Assembly (NCBI GenBank): GCA_030141605.1
Contig: JAQGDQ010000823.1
Coordinates: 1-64,000 of the forward strand
Source: Tubiluchus corallicola
Lineage: Eukaryota; Animalia; Priapulida
Direction: 5' to 3'
DNA length: 64,000 nt
Under the pieces are notes generated by a model. The model searched no databases, was not told where the DNA came from, and was given only the letters and a program-made list of their open reading frames with translations. The position numbers and the translations under genes are program-made. This document shows positions 58,901 to 64,000 of the stretch, in pieces. Positions within the stretch are counted from its first letter, which is position 1. The number at the start of each line of letters is the position of its first letter.

Positions 58901-61900
58901 TATGGACAGTTTTGGTTTGCAAGCACATATATCATTCCAAAGCATGCGCACAATGTTATAAACTGTATGAATCATCCGTAGTTTTTACTCTGTTGGTTTT
59001 ATCTAGGATTATCACAAAAATGCAGGATTTGTGCAGAAAAAGAGACAAACAGAGCGCGTGTTATTGCAGCCCAAGTGGCAATTCTTTACTTTTACAATAT
59101 AGAAATATTATTGCTTAACATCAATTTAAAAGTGTTCGCTACCAAATCGTTAAAAAGTTTTTGAAATGTTTGATTCCAAGCTTCAGAATAACTGTTGTGG
59201 TCTACCAGTCTTAACTGCTCTAAAGGCATGTTCATACTAGCGATATTGCTGTTGCGAGTTCTCTCTAACAGCAAACTCTGACAGTTTCAGCAATCAATTT
59301 ACCGCCTAGTGTGAACACCTCCGCGAGTTACTCACGACACTCCTCAGAGTGAATAGAGAAGCAAGTGACAGCTCGTGCTTTCTGTCGGAGTGTAACTTAC
59401 AGCAAGGTTTGCTCTTTAGTCTGAACATGCTTGCCAGTTACTTGGCGAGTTACTGCGAGTTAACTTGATAAGAAAACTCGCTAGTGTGAACGTGATGTTG
59501 GCTTACAAAGCATTACTGTCACAAATCACAACAAATAAAGCCAAGCAAGTATTCAAAACTGAAACAAACCGATTACAACCGCAGTTTAGTTTACAGTAAT
59601 GCAGTTGTTTACCATGTAATTTCGGACATAATGCAACATACCAAATAACGAAACTTCTGAGTTGATACGGCTTCTAACATACGCTTGACCCCACGTCGGC
59701 TCACGGCGACCGGACCCTCCTTCTCGTTGCGGGTGTACCCCGTGCGACAGACAAACCTCGTGGAGATGTCGTAGTCCTGCTCTACCCGGCAAGCAATGCC
59801 GGCAATGTAGGTGGCGTTGACAATATCACTAGGCTGCATGAGAAGATTACTGCCCCACACTGTCACTAACGTACCGCCCTCGACCGGACCGGCTTTAGGA
59901 CTGAACTGCAAGTCAAACAAAATATATGTTACATATCATGCAAAACACTACGATGATCCGTATTAACATAAAAAAGGTTGTTTTCACACACACATTAAAC
60001 AATATTGTTTGGGATTTTGACAAGTAAACATTTGAAGCCTTGGTTATTAAATTTTGCTCGGCACTTTTTGTCCTCCATCCAAAATGTGACATTCCATGTA
60101 AACAACAAAAAATGCCCAAAAAATATCAGTGACCAAAAAATCAATAATACATAATTTAGCAGTTTTACGCTACAGAGTTTGCAGTAATTTATTGCTAATT
60201 TGAGATATAACTAAACGAGTAATTTTTAAAGTGACTGAAGAATATACATACAACCATGAGCATTCTAGACACATAACGTCAATATCTTTTAACTCATTAT
60301 AACATGTTTTGAGTGAACAAAATTCAATCGACTACTGAACCAGATCAAACTGATTAAGTGATTAGGCATAAAATCACCACAAGAGAAGGTCAATATAACT
60401 AGTGTTTGCTTTTATTTAAAAAATTCACTTTTGACCAAATTTTTGGTACATTCTACTTTGAAGCATAATAACGTTACATTTAAGTACTATGCTGACTTAT
60501 GGATGGTTTTGGTTTGCATGCATGTTTGCGCAAATGCAGTAATTCAGTTTTTTAACTGCAATGCATTTGTTTTAATAAATTTACTTCCTCATTTATTCAC
60601 TTGCTTTTATCACAACCTAGGTACTGGTCTCTCCACAAACATCAACCTTAGGCCTTGTCAATCAGGAAAACATTAAATTGTCAAATATCAGTAAAAAAAA
60701 TCTCAAAGTGCTTACATCGAATATTTCCGGTCCCGGGCAACTGTTTCGCACTTGTCCAAGACAGGAATCGCCGTAGCTGCAAGTTCCTCCACACCATGCA
60801 CATCGGTAGCGATCCGGTCGCGTCAGGCAAATGCTGCAATCTCGACCCAGCTCACTGCATTTGTAAAGCTTGATGCTGGTAAAGTCTACGTGATGGTTGT
60901 TGTTCCAGACAACAGACAATGTAGCCGAGATTTCGCCTTTTGCGTCCTTGTAACCATACTACGTAAGAATGGAACGATCAGTATAATGTAACGGTGAATA
61001 TGTCATATGTCATATACAGTAAGTCGGTTAACGTTGCTAATGCGCTCCAGCAAAAAGCAACGTTAAGAGCAACATCGTTAAACGAAGCCAAGACTTCCAT
61101 CAAAAGTAATGTAAAAGCATTGAAATACGTTCCAGAGGCAAAAACCGATACTGCTTAAATTATATATGTTAAATATTCTATGAGTTTTATTCATATTTCT
61201 ACTGATTAATTTCTTTCTGTTTGTCTGAAGCACACCATTACCTAGCTATAGCAGTTTCTCTTTTGTTAACTTTTAAGCCTAGGCAGAGGTTAAACAATAA
61301 ACACTGCATTCTCAAAACCAAGCTTTTGATGCGACCTTGGGAATTTTATCTCTAGATACAAAGTCTGGTTGCTATAGTAAAAGGTTGCACACATAAAGTT
61401 TGCTTGCTGGTCTCACTTGATAGAAATGGCTAACATTTAGTAGTCAGTTGGAAACAACAAAAACGTGTATAATAATTACGCTGTTTACGTTATTAGTACA
61501 TTTTTAAAATAGAATAATGCAACATGTACTGTTTTAATGCATCAAATTAGGTAAAAATGCTGTTAATAAAATAAAAATTTGCATTGAAACGAGTGTCGTT
61601 AAGTGAAAAAAGGTGTCAGATAATCAGCGTCGTTAAAACGAAGCGTCGCTAAACGACGAGTCATTAAGCGAGGACTTACTGTACTTCTAAGAGAGATCGA
61701 CTTCAGACTGACAAAACGATCTACTACAAATACTAATCAAGTTTTCTGAAAACTACTGATTTTTTACACATTTTTAATAATCAAGATGTAGTGTGGGTTA
61801 AGCGATAATCATCAAAATATCAATAAAAATCTGGCATCAAATTTTTCAGAAACCAAGGAAGTTGGCACCCCTTTCGGCTCCTGATGACGATCGGACAGCC

Positions 61901-63941
61901 TACTTCAATCTACGGCAACTGTGAAAGATGCCTTCCAGTGCCTAGGCATAAAATTCTTTAACATCTTTAATAGGCTGTAGACATATCGGTTTGACTTTTA
62001 AATGCATTATATAAGGTTATCTTAAAAATATTTAAAACTTAAAACTATATAAATCTGTACAAAAACTATACATTACGTAAAATTATACTAAAGCTTACCT
62101 GAAGACATTTTTATCGCTTATATCAAGTCGATTTTATGGAAAAATATATCGATTTTTATTGAATTTAAAAATCTGTTGCATCGTATCATATCATACAACA
62201 ATAGAATTCTTGATATAACATTGTTCAATCAGTATCAATTAACAACACTATGCTTACAGCTCGTGCATTGCAAACAATGGTCTGATTGTTGGTGCCTGGA
62301 ATTTGGATGATTTCAGCCGGTGTAGTCTGCCGTTCCTGGCTGCCTGCCACCTGGAGAACGCATTCATAACTACTATCGCCTGGACGGAGAGTGGGTAGGT
62401 TGCTGGCCAATAATGTCACCGATTTGGACAGCCCGCTGGGAAGGAGGTAGTCGGTAAACTCGGGTACGATAAACCTCGGACACTGATTAGTATCAGATAT
62501 CAGGAGCTAAAAAAGAAAATGCAAGTCCGTTAAATCACTTTCTTCATAGAAGAGACTAAAATCAGGTAGTAAATACATTCATATCTCGGTGTGACGGACA
62601 CAGCTTTTAGAATCGGACAAAATCTAGACCGTTAAAAGTTCCTGCATATTATGGACGCAGACGGTTTTTTCGCGAGCTGACTGCTAGTTGGTGGGCCGTT
62701 ATTTTGTGTACATTATTACATTAGTGCAACTAAGCAGCGTGTAACGACACGTGTGTAAGCTTGCATGTCAGCATGTTTTAAGTAGTTTAATCAGAGTCAA
62801 AAATATAGAGTCAATTATGTGGAGTTATTTGCATCAATTGTCGACAGTTTTTATTCTTTGTGTGAAATTCTTTTTGAAAAATTGAATATACAGAGAAAAA
62901 AATTAAAGAAACAAGAGAACGGAAAACAAAAACTCTAAGATCGCGCACTTACCTCTCCCGGATTACTTGAAGCACACTTATCGGGATTATCTGTGCACTT
63001 GTTACTGTAGACGCACCAACTGCAGCCCCATCTACTGTCGACACACGACAAGCAAGTTGTGTGAGCACTGCAGTTGTAGAACGTGAACATGTGGCTCACG
63101 AAGTTAAAACCGGTTTCCGTCGACCGGATGTACAGCGGCACGCTAAAGTGATCTGAAATAATGAAGCCAAATAATCATGTGTGAGGGAACGAGTTACGAC
63201 AAGTCACAGCTTCAGAAGGTACACGTGTAGATACTAGGACTCAGCATTCTCTATCAGAAAGCGAATTTCAGTATTTTGAATCCAAATTGAAGTCGAATTG
63301 AGTTTTTTTCGAACAAGTTTTCAAACCACTAGTAAAAAGTGGCCTTACAAAGACCACATATATTACTTGATTTTGTTCTGCAGTAAAATCACTATTAGTT
63401 TGCTAAAAATTTTGCCCAAAAACTGCAGCTAATGTTAAAAATTTTACACAAAAACTGCAGCTAAATTGTGCTAATTGCATGCAGTATCAATCATTTTAAT
63501 GATAAAGAACATACGTGACTGAAGTGCTGAATTATTCAAATCTATAATTTTACGCTCGAATCGAATTTGAACTAAAAAAACTCGTTTGAACTCGAACATT
63601 CGATGCTCACCCCAACTAGATGCTCAACTGTACACAACGTGAGACTTTTAGATACTTTCTTTTTACAATAACAGACACTTTTTTACCCTACTGATATCTC
63701 GAATAATTATTGATAAAAATAAAACTAGCAAGTGACCTGACTACTTGAGAGTAATTTTACTGACCAAACACATACCCTCGTTTCCAGCAAACATTGCCAA
63801 CTGATCCATAGGTGGCGTATCGCACAACAAACCTGGAACATTCTTCAATACCTCGGCTTGAATGGGCTCAGCCGTGCCAAACACGCACGTGTAGCCGTAC
63901 CCACGAGCCGTCCTTGGCAGCCGATTCACCCTCAGCTCCAC
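34855..63941 (-). CDS. PlexB: Plexin-B (invertebrate PlexB type), 3' part: 23 exons, ~1339 aa in window; 5' end and Sema domain outside window
   Basis: 23 GT-AG exons splice in consistent phase (4020 nt including stop). They encode PSI motifs, IPT domains ([19 protein letters not shown]), a furin-like RIRR site, a TM helix and plexin GAP/RBD motifs ([70 protein letters not shown]). B-class assignment is from recalled similarity to invertebrate PlexB. Confidence 0.95.
35029..35568. mobile_element. MITE (TIR AAAGGAAAATTGGACGATTG)
   Basis: Inverted termini, right end caatcgtccggttttccttt. Confidence 0.55.
35829..36454 (+). mobile_element. Kolobok-like family C full copy
   Basis: TTAA at both ends; other copies 14880-15465, 53580-54000, 57730-58080; partials ~7000-7480, 16050-16290, 24230-24367, 51690-51854. 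Confidence 0.7.
36553..36768 (-). CDS. PlexB: Plexin penultimate exon ([14 protein letters not shown])
   Basis: Conserved motif. Confidence 0.95.
36840..37044 (+). repeat. Inverted duplicate of plexin exon end plus intron (source 58335-58531)
   Basis: Manual alignment: 15 substitutions and one 8-nt insertion over ~197 bp. Confidence 0.9.
37512..38668. repeat. 37-bp minisatellite, ~31 copies, with a 296-bp higher-order duplication
   Basis: Unit GTAACTGTGAAATTGGTTCATTAATTAACTAACTGCT. Confidence 0.95.
38930..39077 (-). CDS. PlexB: Plexin exon ([19 protein letters not shown])
   Basis: Conserved GAP motif. Confidence 0.95.
39726..39886 (-). CDS. PlexB: Plexin exon (GTIQKFTDD...WKSNS)
   Basis: Manual translation; conserved motif. 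Confidence 0.94.
39914..40636. repeat. 12-14-bp minisatellite (CCTGTGACTTTTTT)
   Basis: Directly visible. Confidence 0.95.
40877..40978 (-). CDS. PlexB: Plexin exon ([12 protein letters not shown])
   Basis: Conserved motif. Confidence 0.94.
41018..41236. repeat. (CAT)n/(CACCAT)n microsatellite
   Basis: Directly visible. Confidence 0.95.
41334..41890. mobile_element. Degenerate Tc1/mariner-like MITE
   Basis: TA-CAGGGTGTCTCATAAGT left end and ACTTTGGGACACCGTTGT right end. Confidence 0.45.
41978..42072 (-). CDS. PlexB: Plexin exon (STLNHLH...ARIYHL)
   Basis: Phase 1-0 bridge ending in YHL, joining V of the next exon. Confidence 0.85.
42537..42731 (-). CDS. PlexB: Plexin RBD exon ([10 protein letters not shown]...NTLKHYNV)
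   Basis: Conserved motif. Confidence 0.94.
44089..44698. mobile_element. piggyBac-like MITE family E (CCCTTTCACTA...GTGAAAGGG-TTAA)
   Basis: Homolog at 51137-51654, partial at 10110-10258. Confidence 0.75.
47034..47187 (-). CDS. PlexB: Plexin RBD exon ([25 protein letters not shown])
   Basis: Manual translation; conserved RBD motif. Confidence 0.94.
47320..48490. repeat. 33-bp minisatellite, ~35 copies
   Basis: Unit AGTAAGGGTGATGGACAAATACTACTA(A/G)AAATT. Confidence 0.97.
48670..48730. mobile_element. 61-bp pogo/Tigger-like mini-MITE
   Basis: TACAGTAAGTCCTCACTTAA...TTAAACGAGGACTTACTGTA; longer relative at 61014-61684. Confidence 0.65.
48800..49120 (+). mobile_element. CR1-type LINE 3' remnant
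   Basis: IRGHHLKL, then SNRVVNL.NKLP in another frame. Confidence 0.65.
49653..49799 (-). CDS. PlexB: Plexin exon ([22 protein letters not shown])
   Basis: Conserved motif. Confidence 0.95.
49981..50630. mobile_element. MITE family D copy
   Basis: Inverted homolog of 39-700, TIRs present. Confidence 0.75.
50837..50978 (-). CDS. PlexB: Plexin GAP exon ([16 protein letters not shown])
   Basis: Conserved catalytic-arginine motif. Confidence 0.95.
51137..51654. mobile_element. piggyBac-like MITE family E copy
   Basis: TTAA-CCCTTTCACTA start; homolog of 44089-44698. Confidence 0.75.
52062..52121 (-). CDS. PlexB: Plexin GAP exon ([11 protein letters not shown])
   Basis: Manual translation, phase consistent. 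Confidence 0.92.
52267..52394 (-). CDS. PlexB: Plexin GAP exon ([21 protein letters not shown])
   Basis: Manual translation; tandem AAGCAG acceptor gives start 52394 or 52397. Confidence 0.9.
52547..53075. mobile_element. hAT MITE family B
   Basis: Homolog of 7811-8341. Confidence 0.75.
53246..53388 (-). CDS. PlexB: Plexin cytoplasmic exon ([12 protein letters not shown])
   Basis: Conserved plexin motif. Confidence 0.95.
54310..54550 (-). CDS. PlexB: Plexin transmembrane/juxtamembrane exon
   Basis: [25 protein letters not shown], then RRKS...[11 protein letters not shown]. Confidence 0.95.
55539..55715 (-). CDS. PlexB: Plexin exon, IPT domain (GDNLNLAS...CNVTSL)
   Basis: IPT motif, phase 0-0. 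Confidence 0.92.
55890..56534. mobile_element. MITE family D copy
   Basis: Homolog of 49981-50630. Confidence 0.75.
56860..57120 (-). CDS. PlexB: Plexin exon with furin-like RIRR site
   Basis: [15 protein letters not shown]...RIRR...GFIMD. Confidence 0.92.
57327..57609 (-). CDS. PlexB: Plexin exon, IPT domain (FTYTEDPNI...[10 protein letters not shown])
   Basis: IPT motif, phase consistent. Confidence 0.92.
58489..58625 (-). CDS. PlexB: Plexin exon, IPT domain ([24 protein letters not shown])
   Basis: Not in ORF track; translated manually; cag acceptor, gtgagt donor. Confidence 0.92.
59642..59905 (-). CDS. PlexB: Plexin exon, IPT domain ([12 protein letters not shown])
   Basis: IPT motif, phase 0-0. 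Confidence 0.93.
60716..60958 (-). CDS. PlexB: Plexin exon, PSI domain ([15 protein letters not shown])
   Basis: PSI pattern, GT-AG bounded. Confidence 0.92.
61014..61684. mobile_element. pogo/Tigger-like MITE
   Basis: TA-CAGTAAGTC...GAGGACTTACTG-TA termini. Confidence 0.65.
62258..62506 (-). CDS. PlexB: Plexin exon ([12 protein letters not shown]...CNARA)
   Basis: Phase 0-0, GT-AG bounded. Confidence 0.9.
62953..63152 (-). CDS. PlexB: Plexin exon, PSI domain ([23 protein letters not shown])
   Basis: PSI cysteine pattern, GT-AG bounded. Confidence 0.93.
63234..63617. mobile_element. MITE family F copy (inverted)
   Basis: Reverse-complement homolog of 2316-2712. Confidence 0.6.
63776..63941 (-). 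CDS. PlexB: Plexin exon (VELRVNRLP...AGNE)
   Basis: tag acceptor, gtatgt donor. Confidence 0.9.
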
Positions 63942-64000
63942 CTATTGATAAAAAAAATCAAAGCTGCTTGGCTTACGAACAACGTAAAGATTACCTATAA

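Overview
AT-rich, intron-rich invertebrate animal genomic DNA, not prokaryotic; most ORF-track entries are repeat or antisense artefacts. I spliced three genes by hand. (1) A 7-exon CHST15/GalNAc4S-6ST-like type II membrane sulfotransferase on the minus strand (23747 to ~5727), with a 1-nt deletion in its last exon. (2) A small two-EF-hand protein gene on the plus strand (secure exons 28851-29021 and 29877-30010). (3) The 3' 23 exons of an invertebrate Plexin-B gene on the minus strand (63941 to 34855; PSI, IPT, TM and RasGAP-RBD regions; the Sema domain lies beyond the window). A degenerate paralog of the sulfotransferase first exon may sit at ~790-1475. Introns and intergenic DNA hold many MITEs (hAT-, piggyBac-, Kolobok-, Tc1/pogo- and Harbinger-like), two solo LTRs, LINE remnants and long minisatellites. 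The most unusual items are an inverted copy of a plexin exon end plus splice donor placed 21.5 kb downstream next to the penultimate exon's acceptor, a transposon end supplying a sulfotransferase splice acceptor, an exon-fragment copy captured inside a MITE, and a long intronic hairpin with a perfect 74-bp core. No CRISPR array, rRNA or tRNA was recognised.
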